64,000 nt of DNA from Phoronis australis (Eukaryota; Animalia; Phoronida). Below are positions 12,916-25,600 of the stretch, in pieces. The stretch spans positions 86,789 to 150,788 of the forward strand of contig NMRA01000145.1 of NCBI GenBank assembly GCA_002633005.1. The letters run 5' to 3'. The position numbers and the translations under genes are program-made. The stretch's first letter is position 1, and every line of letters begins with the position of its first letter. Below the pieces are notes generated by a model. The model saw only the letters and a list, made by a program, of their open reading frames with translations, did no database searches and was not told where the DNA came from.

Positions 12916-13831
12916 TGCATTGTTGCTATTTTGACATTTGATTGACAGCATTGTAAGTCTCCATCTACACAGGTTTTTTTAGTAAAAATGCTCACCATAG
13001 AAGGCTGTTTTATAAACTTAGATGTAAAAACCTTGATCTATGCATTTTTTGTAAAAAAATATGTGTGTTTGGGGGTATTGCTGGGGGTGGGGGGTTACGC
13101 GTCAGAATCATAGACGCCCTGGAATATTGGGAACCCCATTTTGGACACCCTATGTTCAAAATCCTGGATAAAGGCCTGAACTGGAACATGTGAAAGGTAC
13201 AAAAAGGAAATTCCTATAGACACATGGCAGTCATCAGCGTTTAAGAGTCAGGAGTTGACCAAACTCAATGTACCGGATGGATAATATAGACCAATTTTTA
13301 ACAAGGCTGGGAATATTAAACGTGTACCAAGAATTAGTATACAGGTCCCACTTGAGGAAAAAGGGGTGTAAGATACAGGAATCCCTATAGTCACATAAAT
13401 ATATTTAACAAGTGAAATACCATTTTCCAAACAAAAACACGAGTACATTTCAGGAAATTTATGGATAATTTATCAAAGATCGAAGAGTTTTAGAAATCAG
13501 AATTTAAAATTGGTAAAATCTACAAGTTTTAGTAAAATTCCGATCCTGACATCATTTAAAGTGAATGCATGATCGACAATAATTTGTTGAACAAAAGAAA
13601 GATGTTCACTACATGTGTGTAGTTCAAAAGAATACATAACCAAAGTCAGTCCTCAACAGCTTTGTCACGAATGAATTTGACAAAAACATAATCTTTATAA
13701 ACTCCCAGGATATGATAAAACCTAAAATACAGATTCAAATGGTAGATTTTGTTTCCATAAATTTGAAAAACTGAACCAATTGTTTTCATTACATTCTAGG
13801 ATCCAAGTGGAACAGAGAAGTGGTCCCCAAA

Positions 13832-14821
13832 ATGAATACAACAACAAATTACACTCTCCGAAAATCATGGAGCACCTGGTCAATCTACAGCTACAGTGTC
13901 CTTGCTGTTGCCATTGTCATCACAAATGGCATACTCATCACTGTAATTGGCAGCACGAAATCGCTTCATGTCAACCGACACATATACGTGTTCGCTCTCG
14001 GATTGGCAGACTTCAGTGTTGGATTAATTGCTATACCCATTATACTGATATCTTCCGAGATCAAACTCTCCAAAAATCCGTACTACTGTCTAGCAATGAT
14101 CAGCGTGAACTTCTTTACAATATTTATGTCAGTATGTGTGTTATTCCTTCTCGCACTTGACAGGTGCTTTTTCATCACCAAACCATTGCGGTACCGCATA
14201 TGGGTGACAAAATTCAAGACAATCATGGCACTTGTAATAGTCAACACAAGTATCTGTGTGTGGAGTTTCGCGCCCCTGTTTGGATGGAACAAACTTTCAC
14301 CTGGCCTCATAAAAGTAGAGAATCTAAAGTGTAATTCAATACATATAGTGATGCCAACTTATTTTTTGATATCAATGGTTATATACTTCATCATGCAGAG
14401 CATACAGATCACATGTTTTGCATTCATAGCACACACTGCCTGGCGACACCGAAGAAATGTTAACAAGATGAGATCCTCTGCACAAACTCAACCCAATAAA
14501 CTACCCATAAGTCCCCGAGCTACTGTGGTGCTAGCACTGTTAATTTTTACATCTGCAGCAGGCTGGATTCCACTTATGATTATCAACGCATTAAACTTAG
14601 ATTGGTCCACATCGGGTGAGGTTAAAACGTTTCATTTGAACAAAGAGAAGGATGTATTGATGCTCATAGCACTGTTGACATCGCTGATAAACCCGCTTGT
14701 CTATGGATTTGGAACCAAGGCAATACATGAAGCTACTCTGAAGATGTTCCAAAGTAAATGCTACAGAAGAGAAACACGGTACACTGACAATAGAGAGATT
14801 ACTGTAGTTACATCAGTGTGA
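13832..14821 (+). CDS. Single-exon class A GPCR, member 2 (recent tandem duplicate of member 1)
   Basis: Same length and motifs as member 1, with identical N-terminus MNTTTNYTLRKSWSTWSIYSYSVLAV; flanking DNA is also homologous. Confidence 0.93.
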   Translation: MNTTTNYTLRKSWSTWSIYSYSVLAVAIVITNGILITVIGSTKSLHVNRHIYVFALGLADFSVGLIAIPIILISSEIKLSKNPYYCLAMISVNFFTIFMSVCVLFLLALDRCFFITKPLRYRIWVTKFKTIMALVIVNTSICVWSFAPLFGWNKLSPGLIKVENLKCNSIHIVMPTYFLISMVIYFIMQSIQITCFAFIAHTAWRHRRNVNKMRSSAQTQPNKLPISPRATVVLALLIFTSAAGWIPLMIINALNLDWSTSGEVKTFHLNKEKDVLMLIALLTSLINPLVYGFGTKAIHEATLKMFQSKCYRRETRYTDNREITVVTSV

Positions 14822-16739
14822 AGACAGCGATAAGCACACAGGATCCAAAATGAGAACTTTCAACCTACTAACATTTTGAGACTCCTGTTTCACCTGAGGA
14901 CAGTCTCCGAGCTATTTAATGGTGTTGAAAGTGACATCTATTTGTTGGGTAGTATAACGCCCACTGTACCATACTAGAAACTGGAAACTCTTTAATGCTC
15001 ATCTGGCAGATGAGAACACAGCAATCTATGCCATCTCTCCTACTCAAGCATGCCAGGGAACTGATGAGGATTAATTTTGTAAATTTTTCTATGGAGATCA
15101 AGAGTCGCCTGAGAAGCAATCCACAGGATACACCACAAGCAAGAATGAACATGCTAGGTACGGAAACACAGCACTGAACAGACTGTGCCTAGTACGTAAC
15201 TGACCTGGAGCATTGAATCCTGCAGAGGCTTTTTTTCCTCACAATACATAAAGGGATGCTGTGGCACAATGAGGATGTAAACCAGAACAATACCTGATGG
15301 TAGAATAGAACGGGTAACAATAAAAATGCCAAATTATTACAGACACGACAGGGAATCCAAGAGACACCACACATTAGCCACAGCAAAGAATAAAAAAGCA
15401 CAGCCCTGTTGGGGAAATTAAAGACTATGTTGCACACGATTTCAGGGTGCTAAAACATGTTATAGAAGCCAATTCTGACGAAATGCGTCAGCAAAAAAGC
15501 CCTAAAAGTCAGCACTTGTGACGATTTAGAGCCGAGTTTTACTCTGCCATTTTAGCTTTGTCGGAAGCGAGATGCATTCAGGAATGATTGAATAATGAGA
15601 CAGTCTTATTTCACCAGTGCTATTTAGTGAGTTTGACAGGGACTGAAAATTGGGCAAACATGGGGTAAAACTCAGGAAATATTGAAAATAAAATGATAAA
15701 TGCAAGAAAACTAAGACACCTCAGTCAGCAACAAAGGCGAAGACTTCCGTGAACAAGCACATATTATTTGCGGTGGTAGTGAGAAGCAATGTGTGATAAA
15801 GTGAAGACATTAAGTCTTGAAATATGTACGCAATTGGAATTTAGTAAATAGATTTTCCAATTTTCCACCACAGTCTTTGGTGACTTCAACCAGACTTTAT
15901 GGCTTGAACAGTTGTAGTTAATAAAACCCATTGGGAATACTGCAAGCCGATATGTCCAGATTCTTGTCAAAAATATTGATGGGCCAGTTTCAGCAATTAT
16001 TGGTGGACATGTGCAATCAAACATGAACTTACTTATCGGAGTTCTCAAAATGTTTTTGTGTTACAACGAAATATAGATTTAATATGGTCATCAATAGCTG
16101 TTAATTTACATAGCAAGTGTAAATGCAAAAGTTGGACATTAAATCTTGTTGTTTAGGATGGTTTTTCAAACCTTAAGTTTCTACAATGTCCTGAGAGGTC
16201 ATGTCCTATAATGGTAACTCTGAGTATCTCAAAATTTGATGAATTTTTAGTCTGTGGAACTTGCAGGCTATTTCCTTCTATCCGTGATTGCTTGGTCAAA
16301 TTAGTTAGAAACACAACGTATACCGACAATGTGAATATCAAGTACATTGAAAATTGCCAGACGTTTTTAAAAATGAGTTTTGTGTATGCATCGAAAATGA
16401 TCCACCGTAAATATCGTGACTTAGGTGTTGGGGAATAACACTGCATGATGCGAGTTATGTGAGCCCCCAAGGTATGCCATTAGTGCAAAGATCACCCATT
16501 TGCAAATTTTTTTGTTTTCACATTTACAAGTTGTCAATGAATACAACTGCACTTTGTTTAGCGTAGATGATGTTCAAACAGCATTGCCGTTTAGTTCCTG
16601 CTATACATTAGCATAGCTGGGGTGTGCAAAGACTTCATTCTTTAAATCACAATGAACAGAAAATAGTATCTTATGCCTCAACAAGTGCAGATTGTAGTGA
16701 AAAAACAGAGACTTTAGTCAAATTTTATAGCTTGAGTAG

Positions 16740-17060
16740 TTGTAGTCAAAATAGGTCATGGGGAATACCGTAAGAGAATGTGTCCAGATTCCTGTCGAAA
16801 ATATTGATGGGCCGTGTCAGCAATCATAGGTGGACATGTTTAATCAAACATGAGCTTACTGGTCTCAAAATGTTGTTTCATGTATTATGAAGAAATATAG
16901 ATTTAATATGAACATCAGAAGTGTTGTTAATTTTTTTAGTGTATATGCAAAGGTTAGAGCTTAAATCTTGTTATTCAAACCTCAAGTTCCTATGATGACC
17001 AGAGGGGGCATGTACTATAATGGCAACCCTGATTCCCTGAAAATTTGATGAATTTTTAAA
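16740..17060 (+). repeat. Third partial copy of the duplication tail
   Basis: gtgtccagattcctgtcgaaaatattgatggg... also occurs at ~7105-7275 and ~15950-16255. Confidence 0.75.
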
Positions 17061-18082
17061 CCACAATCAGCAGAAAGAGAGTATATTGCGTGTACAAAAT
17101 TAATATACCTCAATAAGTGCAGATTGTAGTCAACAAACAGAAGAGTGTGAAAATGAAGCACTCAAGACTGACTATTAGTAAGTAAGTAATAAATGACCTT
17201 TTAAACACAGCTCCTTACACAGCACAGTAACAAGTCCCCTGTGATTCAAATGTTAAGCTGAGTATTGATGACAAAAGGCCAAGTCGACATGATGAGATAC
17301 GCCTTGTCACTAGATGGCGATAGGGTAGTTGGTAGGCAGTGTTCTGCACTCTTGCATGAATTTGAAGCAGCGGGATATTTTACAATTTTTTGTAAATTCT
17401 TTGCCACCACCATGACATCACATTACCACGGTTGCGCAAAAAGATATCTAAACGATTTGTGTAAAAATGTCCATTAAGAATATCCATGAATGAAAGAATT
17501 TTTGTACTCTATATGAAATACATTTTCTATGCAACAATATCGTTTTAATTGGCCCTGAGAAAAAATAGTTGTATAACGAAGCACGAAAAATAAATAAACT
17601 AAAAGTGCTTAACAACACAGGAATTACTAAAATAGCACTGTGGCAAGGTGGACAGTGAACAGAATATGAAAGAAAAGACCTCTTAGCTCAAATTTCCCTT
17701 GGGTGTTATTTATTAAAACATTTACCCTTTTTCTAATTATCAAGATTAGATTTAAATTGCAAATCGAAATAACATCACGTCTAACTAAAACGTTAAAGCA
17801 ATTCAAATAAATACATAAATTTGATAGATTTCTATGATAATGCATAGATAAAGACATCTAATACCAAAATAATAATGTCACATGTCTGATGTCATAATGA
17901 GACACTGACAGTGTACCCAACAGTACCACAAGAATTACTTTAAAAAATGACCAGAAGTCTGTAGATGAAGACAAGGCTATAAATAACAACAGGGCGTACT
18001 TAATAAAGGAGCTGGTTCTGCAATCAAATGTGGAGACCAAGATATGGCATCAAAGTTATTTGGATAATGCCATGAAAAGAAG

Positions 18083-19060
18083 ATGAATAGGACTGAGGTC
18101 GAATCACCCGTGTGGTCACTTTATTGCTATAGCTTTCTTGCCATTGTCATACTGATTGCAAATGGAATACTGCTCACGGTGATTGGCAGGACAAAATCAC
18201 TCCACACCAACCAAAATGTGTTCATTTTCTCACTTGCACTTGCTGATTTTTGTGTAGGACTGGTTGCGATACCGGTTTTACTGGTGTTCAGGCATACTGA
18301 CTTCAGCGAAAAACCACACCTCTGCCTGGCTATGCTATCTTTGTACTTCCAGCAAAGTGCACTGCCAGTAAGTATATTGACACTTCTCGCAATGGACCGG
18401 TGTGTCTTCATTATGTTACCACTGCGATACCGCACCATGGCAACGAAATGTAGGGCTATCGTCTTACTTCTCTTTAAGGTAAATGGAACATTGTTTTGGT
18501 GCTACCTCCCATTGTTCGGATGGAACAAACTTTCACTGGGACTCACTACAGAAGAAAATCTAATTTGCCTTCCAATTCATTTGGAAGTGCCTGCATATCT
18601 TCTGCTCATGGTAATTTTTTTCGTGATGGACGTAACCATGCAGGTCATTTGTTTCTCACTCATTGCCTACACAGCCTGGAAACATAGAAGAAAAATCAAG
18701 CAGGTGCGACTGAGTGGTCTGGAAAGGCCAGCTCCAGCAGCACTAAACATCAGAGCGATCATGGTGTTGCTTTTGCTTTTATTCACATCAGCAACAGGTT
18801 GGCTGCCAATGCAATTATTCAATGGCTTACAAACTGAATGGTTTGGGTCAAATCAAGCCAAAGGGTTCGGCTACACAGCAAAAAATGTCCGCGACGTCTT
18901 TGTGTTTGTCGGATTGTCAACATCGTTGATTAACCCGTTAATTTATGGATTTGGGACCCCTGCTGTCAAAGAGGCTGCTAAGAAATTGCTCAGAATGGAC
19001 AATTCTTGCAGGGCAGAGATGTACCGAAATAGAAACATAAGATCAACTACAGCTTTGTAA
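18083..19060 (+). CDS. Single-exon class A GPCR, member 3
   Basis: 325 aa; SLALADFCVGL, MDRC, PLFGWN, GWLP, NPLIYGFGTP; TATAAA about 100 bp upstream (17979). Confidence 0.93.
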   Translation: MNRTEVESPVWSLYCYSFLAIVILIANGILLTVIGRTKSLHTNQNVFIFSLALADFCVGLVAIPVLLVFRHTDFSEKPHLCLAMLSLYFQQSALPVSILTLLAMDRCVFIMLPLRYRTMATKCRAIVLLLFKVNGTLFWCYLPLFGWNKLSLGLTTEENLICLPIHLEVPAYLLLMVIFFVMDVTMQVICFSLIAYTAWKHRRKIKQVRLSGLERPAPAALNIRAIMVLLLLLFTSATGWLPMQLFNGLQTEWFGSNQAKGFGYTAKNVRDVFVFVGLSTSLINPLIYGFGTPAVKEAAKKLLRMDNSCRAEMYRNRNIRSTTAL

Positions 19061-21247
19061 ATCAGTTTGTATTTCTATCAGTCATTACCAGTATATGGAC
19101 TGAACTCAGCTTGAGAAAACATAGGAAGAGGTCCTGAGATGGAGGGGGAAAGTTATGTTTTGCAAATGTCTACAATTAACACAAACACAGGATGTTACTA
19201 ATCAGTCAATTAAGCTTATAAAATTAGCATGCTTGAAAACTGAACACTACACTTAACTGTGGGAGAACCACAATATTAACATGAGCCATCAAAAACATTT
19301 CTGAATATATGCAGGGATATATTATACATACCAAAAGAAAGTATTAGAATTTTTGCACCTTGTTCTTAGATATACCAGTAGCGATAGATACCTTTCGTAG
19401 AAAAACTTTAGTGTACCACTCTTCATCTTCGCCAACAGATGGCTCACTAGAAAGTGAGATGGCTGACACTTTGTGTCCACCACATCATCAATGATAGCCT
19501 TTTTGTTTCACAGGTTACTTTGCCATGTACAGTTACATGATGGCATAACTTCCAGTTACTTATAGTAGCTTTTTATATTACATACTATTAGTTAATATTG
19601 TGGTAACTGTGGACTAGATACTGAAATAAAAAGGAATCAATGACTTATTGCTTGTACCTCTTTGTATTATGGTAAAAGTTACCCAGTTTGGGAGTCTAGA
19701 ATTTAGGACAGCAAAAGTTAATTTTCTCCATTCTGGAATATGAGGATATGGCGATTTGGCGTCATATTTTGAAAATTTCAGACAATGTATTTTCAATCTA
19801 CAGAACCCGTAATTTTGAAGTCTTTCCAGTGATTATTGAATTTGAGACGGCCATACTGCATTTCATAAATTTGGGACAAGCTCCGACCTTGAAGAAAATA
19901 ATCAATTTTTTGCTGTCCCGAGTTACAGAATTTTTACCCTTAATAAAAAGAGCACCAACTTTGTTTATCACAAACGGCAAGGAAATACCAGAAATGCAAA
20001 GTTTTAAAATGTGCCCACCACTATATCGCAAATGGTAAGCTTCTGGGAGCGTAACAACAAAAAAATTGTTCAAAAATACCAGGTAGAAACAGCCATTCAG
20101 TGGTATGGAATTTGTTGAAAATAGAAGGGGCTGTTGTTTGCATAATAGAAAAAAATTGTCAAATTTCATGAAAAAACATGAAGGAACTCTTGAAGATAAA
20201 ACGCTGGAAAACGAAAAAAACTTAAAACTTGCCATGAACGGGCACAACAGTTACTGTAGACGAATTCGTAATAAATTTTGGATGTCATTTGATGCTACAT
20301 TCACAGGAAATAATTTTCCAAATTTTACAAAGATCCTGCCAAGAATTAACAACAAATAAGCTGCAAAGGCAAACTAACAAAATTGTCAATAGGAAGCACC
20401 ACAGAAACTGCACTGAAAATCGACATTCGTTGTGTTCTTCTTGGGAATAGCACATCTGCCAATTTTCATATTGACCCTTCCAGCAGTTTGGAGGATAGAA
20501 ATATAGACAACCCAATACAGAATCAAAAATAACACAAATGGACACTAAATGGCACGAGTCTGTCTTGAAATGCCTCCAGAATAGAGGCTCATTTTCGAAT
20601 TTCATGAAAGTTTGACAAGGAACTCCGAATATGCAGGTCTAAGTAAATGCAAAAAATAGCCAATTGGGGGCAGAGTGGAAGTCACATCAGTATAGGAGTC
20701 CTGTTGTCATGGGAAAACACTTGCCAAATTTGACAAAGATCTTGCAAGAGTTAAGAAGATTCAGCAGCAAAACCTAAAAATGCCACTGGAAGGCACCACA
20801 GTAGTTGAACCCGTTCAAAAATGAACATCGGGCATGATCTTCTCCACAGGAATACTACTGCTAATTTTTCATAATTCTTTAAGCCATTTGATAGATAGTA
20901 AGGTTGATGCCAAACCAGAGGCACATCAAACCAATCCAAAAATGCAAAGTTGCTTCCTTTCTGCCACATTTCACGCGAGGCAGCGGTGACTGGATCTGTC
21001 TGGTCGTGGGGTTTTGGAGAGGCAGCAGATGCCAGACGCCCAGACATAGCTGACAGCACTATGCACCCATGCAAATAGGTGTAAGTGGCCACACACAAAC
21101 TAAAATCCCCATAGACTTAACCACCAAAACCCATGTGATTATCACATAACATTAAGTATGCATAATATTAAATAACAAAATGAAAGTCCTCTGAGGTGCA
21201 ACACTTGGCGAAATCAAAAAATAACTTAAAGGTGATGTTGACGACAA

Positions 21248-22635
21248 CCGGGCTCAACATTAACTTTTTAAGCCACTTGCCCTTCGGGCAAGTGGCTTAA
21301 AAAGTTAATGGGGCAAGTAGTTGAAATTTTTACTTGCCCGAACAACGAATTCACTTGCCCCAAGTACAATCCCAAATAGCACCGTGCATGTGCACACCTA
21401 GGTAATGTGTTACGGTAGGGCTGCCTGTGCTGAGCCTCCTCTTGTGTTGTGCACGCTATATACACGAGTTGCTATTTTTTTAACGATTCTTCTTATAGAA
21501 CATTTATTTATAAGGTGTGTCAAAACACTAGAGAGACAAATTGAAAGAGTAACTCAGGTATCTGAACCATTGTCACACGTTCACAGGCGCCGAAATGAGC
21601 TAGGGCATGAACTCTAGACACTTCTGTGTATTCATTAGTTTATACGCCCTCATGCATTAAACTTGAATTGTTGCTAACCTGAATTTCGTGCTATCCGTAA
21701 AAATCTTGCAGTTTTGGTCATCGGTACCTTGTATTAAATTAAAATCAAATTTTAACATATAGTAATGCCACATATACTTTTATTTTCAATAAATAATTAC
21801 ATTTTTGAAAAATAGATAGACTGCGAAAAAGTCACCCTTCAGACTTCAGAGCGGCAATCCCGAAGACCGTATTCCTCTTCTTTCGGGAGTCGCCACCGGG
21901 AGCCGGGAATTCATAAGAATGTCCTTTGGAATTCCCCCTGAATAAATACCAGGCCTTTTAAACTGCTGTGTAGTGTAGAAAATATGTCATCAATCACTCA
22001 TTTTTTAGCTTTTGTGCTTATCTGTATGACTTAATCCGCTGACGAACGCGGTGCTTCTAACCGTACATGGGTAAACGCCGGCAAAAATCAAACGTCATCC
22101 CTTGTTCACTGTCTCGCAGGCCAGAAAACCTAATTCACCATGACGGAACCCATCCCCGCACTCTTTTCGTTTCATATTATTGCTTTGACTCTTCCTGAAC
22201 TCGTTTTTAGCAACTAAACCAATGCCATCCAGGCCTGGACGGCTTCCACGTTTAGACGTTTTGCCAGAGTGCAGACGATCAGTAGTATCACGTGACAACT
22301 TATTCAGAAACTGCAGGGCACGTTCAGAGAATCGAAAGGATTTCACCGCGAGCGTCATCTGTGCACGCTGCATCACACTCGTTCTATTTTCCTTTCGGTG
22401 CTCATTAGAAGACGGGAGTTTCTTTGACGACCACAGGGCTTTTTCGACGGTGTTTAGGCTTGTGTTGGGGTTCGTTACTTTGGAGCAAATGTCGAACAGA
22501 CATTCTTAGGATCTACTTGCCTGTGCGGCTAGCTTTTTAACTTGCCCATCGGGCAAGTACTTGTCAAATTCCACTTGCCCGACGCAAAATCTACATGTAC
22601 ACGGGCAATCGGGCAACCGTTAGTGTTGAGCCCTG
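21248..22635 (-). mobile_element. hAT-like (hAT5-type) element, 5-bp TSD, copy 2 (inverted)
   Basis: Reverse-complement homologue of 11392-12915; TSD GACAA at 21243-21247 and 22636-22640; empty site at ~28139-28143. Confidence 0.88.
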
Positions 22636-25600
22636 GACAAAACAAAGAACACTAACAACCACAGTCCAGACGTACATTAAATGATAAACCAAATTAAAGT
22701 ACGTTGATGAATCAGTCAATAAATGACAGTAACCAAATCAGAAGACCTTGAGTACAGTAAATCCAGAACTAATGATAATTGAGAAACTGATCACGCATTG
22801 CAAATAGACAGTGACATCTATTTACTAATTTTGAAGAGGTTAAATCAAAGCATCATGGAATTAGAGCTCCTAAAACGTAATTCGAAAAATGACTGTCACA
22901 GCGACATCTTGCATCTGATTTCACAAAAAATAAAATTACTCAAGCTATTGACTGGATAAACACTGTATGGAAATTTTATATTGATCAGATGAAAAATATG
23001 ATCTCCAACACAAATGTGATAAGCCAACAAAGTGCAGCTAGAACTAGGTCAATAAAAGAACAACCAACTACGCAGTAAATCTCGAATATCTCAAGAACGG
23101 TAAAATTGTAGTGATCAACGGGTTTCATAGCACTAGAAACGATCTTAAGACACACACCATAATTCAGACAGAACTTTCAAGGTCTGTGCTGAAGATAACA
23201 CACAAAAACTAAATTAATTGGATAGCAGTCAGCAGAAAACCTGAGTAAGTCGAGAATGAAAAGAAAATGGTACACTGAAGACAGCCTGTGAAATGATCTA
23301 CCCACAGAAAAAATTCCTCCAGAGACAGAATAGATAATGGCGCCACAAACCAAAATAGTGCAAAATGGCCAGCACAATGCCATCTCGCCTCCAATTTTAT
23401 CAAAAAACAATAGGCTTTGTGCCATTTAAAGACACATGCTGTGTGCAAATTCCACATTGATCGTACAGCACACATCACGAATTTTTGTCCGCCCGGTCGG
23501 AAATTGGTCGACGACTGGCCGTCGACCAGTCGGCAAATTAGCCAACCGGCAGCCGCCCACAGTGCCGACTCATAAGACGACTCCCCAGCCGACCATTCAG
23601 CCGACCAGCTATCAGCTGGTCGGCTGCTATTTTTAGGCTAGAGTAGCAGTTGCGTAATAGGTTGTCACGCTCATACAACTTTGCGTGTCGATGCATATTA
23701 GTCTTAGCACAGGGTCAAATAAATTAACCTAGTTTTGCTGTCTCGGTTACCTGAGTTCACGTCGGTTGTGTAACACCACTAATTCGAAGTTTGATGCCAA
23801 GCGGTATTAGTAAATATTGGATGATGGACAATGCAACAAGTTTTGGATGAAAAACGTGAAAGTTTTCTTTACATTTGATCTTTAATTTGACTCGTGACCT
23901 TAACAAGTTGTATTAGATTGGTTGTTTCCCGGTCAATACAACGCTGTAGTCATTTTGAAAACGCGGCTGTTTTTTGCAGTCTTTGCCCACAATTGATTTT
24001 GTTTGTGTAACGCCAAACTGCGTCATTTTTGCGTTTTTTAAGTTAATCACCGGTCTCCTATCACGCGCTCATGATGATGGATTAGTGAGTGAGTTGTTAT
24101 ATCGCGAGGAGCTCTCACTCCGGGGATTTTATTTTCATAGTATTGACCCTTGCAGTACAAAGTCGACGCGAAATTCACGGTCCAGTAGGCCTATGCCCTA
24201 AACCCTCGGACTTCGATGACTCTAACTTCGAAATCATACTATGGTTACGATTTCCACGAACTAAGACGGTGACATCTAACACGGAACGACCACTGTTGAG
24301 GCTACTGCCAATTGTAGCTTTGCGCATTCCGTTTTCATGTATCGGTGACGTTAAAATCTGGGCTAGTTACATGTACACGTAGACCCCTATCAGTTGGCCG
24401 TTCACGTTGTTCCAAAAATAAATATTTTTTGTCAACAACATATTGACAAATTATGTAAAATAAATCAATTGTGAATGGGAAGATGTGAATACGTGGTGAA
24501 GAGGTATTTGTCTCTAAGGGCATATTTGGGTGAATCTTTGGTAAAGAGATTGCGATGGCAAAAATGATAGACACGAAGGTGCACTTTTGAGAAGCAAAGC
24601 GTCTGGTGATATTTATAGCGTATGATCTGGCCACCTTAGGTAGTAAGTGACGCTGAATGAGAAGTGGCAACTACAAAATAAAAATAAAAAATAAATAAAT
24701 CATGCTTGTATTGCCACCTCCCCCCCTCCCCGAGTTTTGCACATTCTAATGAGTCATCACTCAAGATTTGGTTCCATTTCAGTCCTAAACTCGTAGAATA
24801 TGTCTTCTGTTCTCAGCTGTAAGAAAAAAACTATTTTTCGAAACGGTGCTCAGTCTTAAAAAAGTTTTCAGCATGAAATGAAATGCCAATCACACGCAGC
24901 GTTGTAAGACAGAGACGTTGGCGTTTCCGTATGTCCACAAAAGTGCTTTGAGCAGAGTGTACAAATTTGTTCATTTCGCTTTTCTACAATGACGACTATG
25001 GTCAACACGGTGTTTTAAAAAAGTACACTTTTGAGGGCATTTTCAAAAATAAATGTTTGGTTGATGAATTCAGCGAGTCGGTGTCCACGGGAAGAAAACG
25101 GTATCTGCATAAAGAAAGAGTTGCGTTTTCAAAACATTCAGAGCATGAGCTCAAGGACTACCTGAGAAAGAAAATAAAACCGAATACCAAACAGAAACTT
25201 GTCCAATGAATGTAAAGCTCTTGGAAAACTGTTAACCCGAAGAAATGTGCAAAATACGAACATCATTTACGGAAGGTTGTACCAGAAGTGATTCGTTGCA
25301 GTGGAGCCGACACGGGGTAGTAAAAACACTGTGCTGTGCACTAGTTAGCTGAATGGAAAGCTGAAGCGGAAAAATCCAGAACACACATTTTCTATTCAGG
25401 AATTGAAATCTCTGTAGAATCAAAAACAATTGGCAACCAGGATTTATTAAGTCAGAAAACTTATCTCACCAGGAGACAATTGTTTTCATGCCCGGAGACT
25501 ACGTGATCACCCATTATGCAACGATGACAATCCAGGGTGTACCTATACATTGGCATCTAATGTAAAACGTGGATTAGACGAAAGAAATTCAACCGCATTT

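Larger units (their letters stand above)
11159..13178. mobile_element. hAT non-autonomous element with 8-bp TSD (outer element of nest)
   Basis: TIR CAGGCCTTTAT(G/C)CAG, 14/15 match; TSD AACTGGAA at 11151-11158 and 13179-13186; empty site in unit A near 3464-3471. Confidence 0.88.
620..16150 (+). repeat. Tandem segmental duplication carrying GPCR1 and GPCR2 (unit A ~620-7275, unit B ~7525-16150)
   Basis: Approximate homologous blocks: 622-1140 with 7525-8115; 3050-3470 with 10765-11158; 3470-5456 with 13187-15212; 6282-7275 with 15213-16115. Confidence 0.85.

Noticed and set aside
20751-21098. Minus-strand ORF with RLASAAS as the missing next WDR90 exon
   Set aside because: No suitable acceptor and no WD40-like sequence after the motif.
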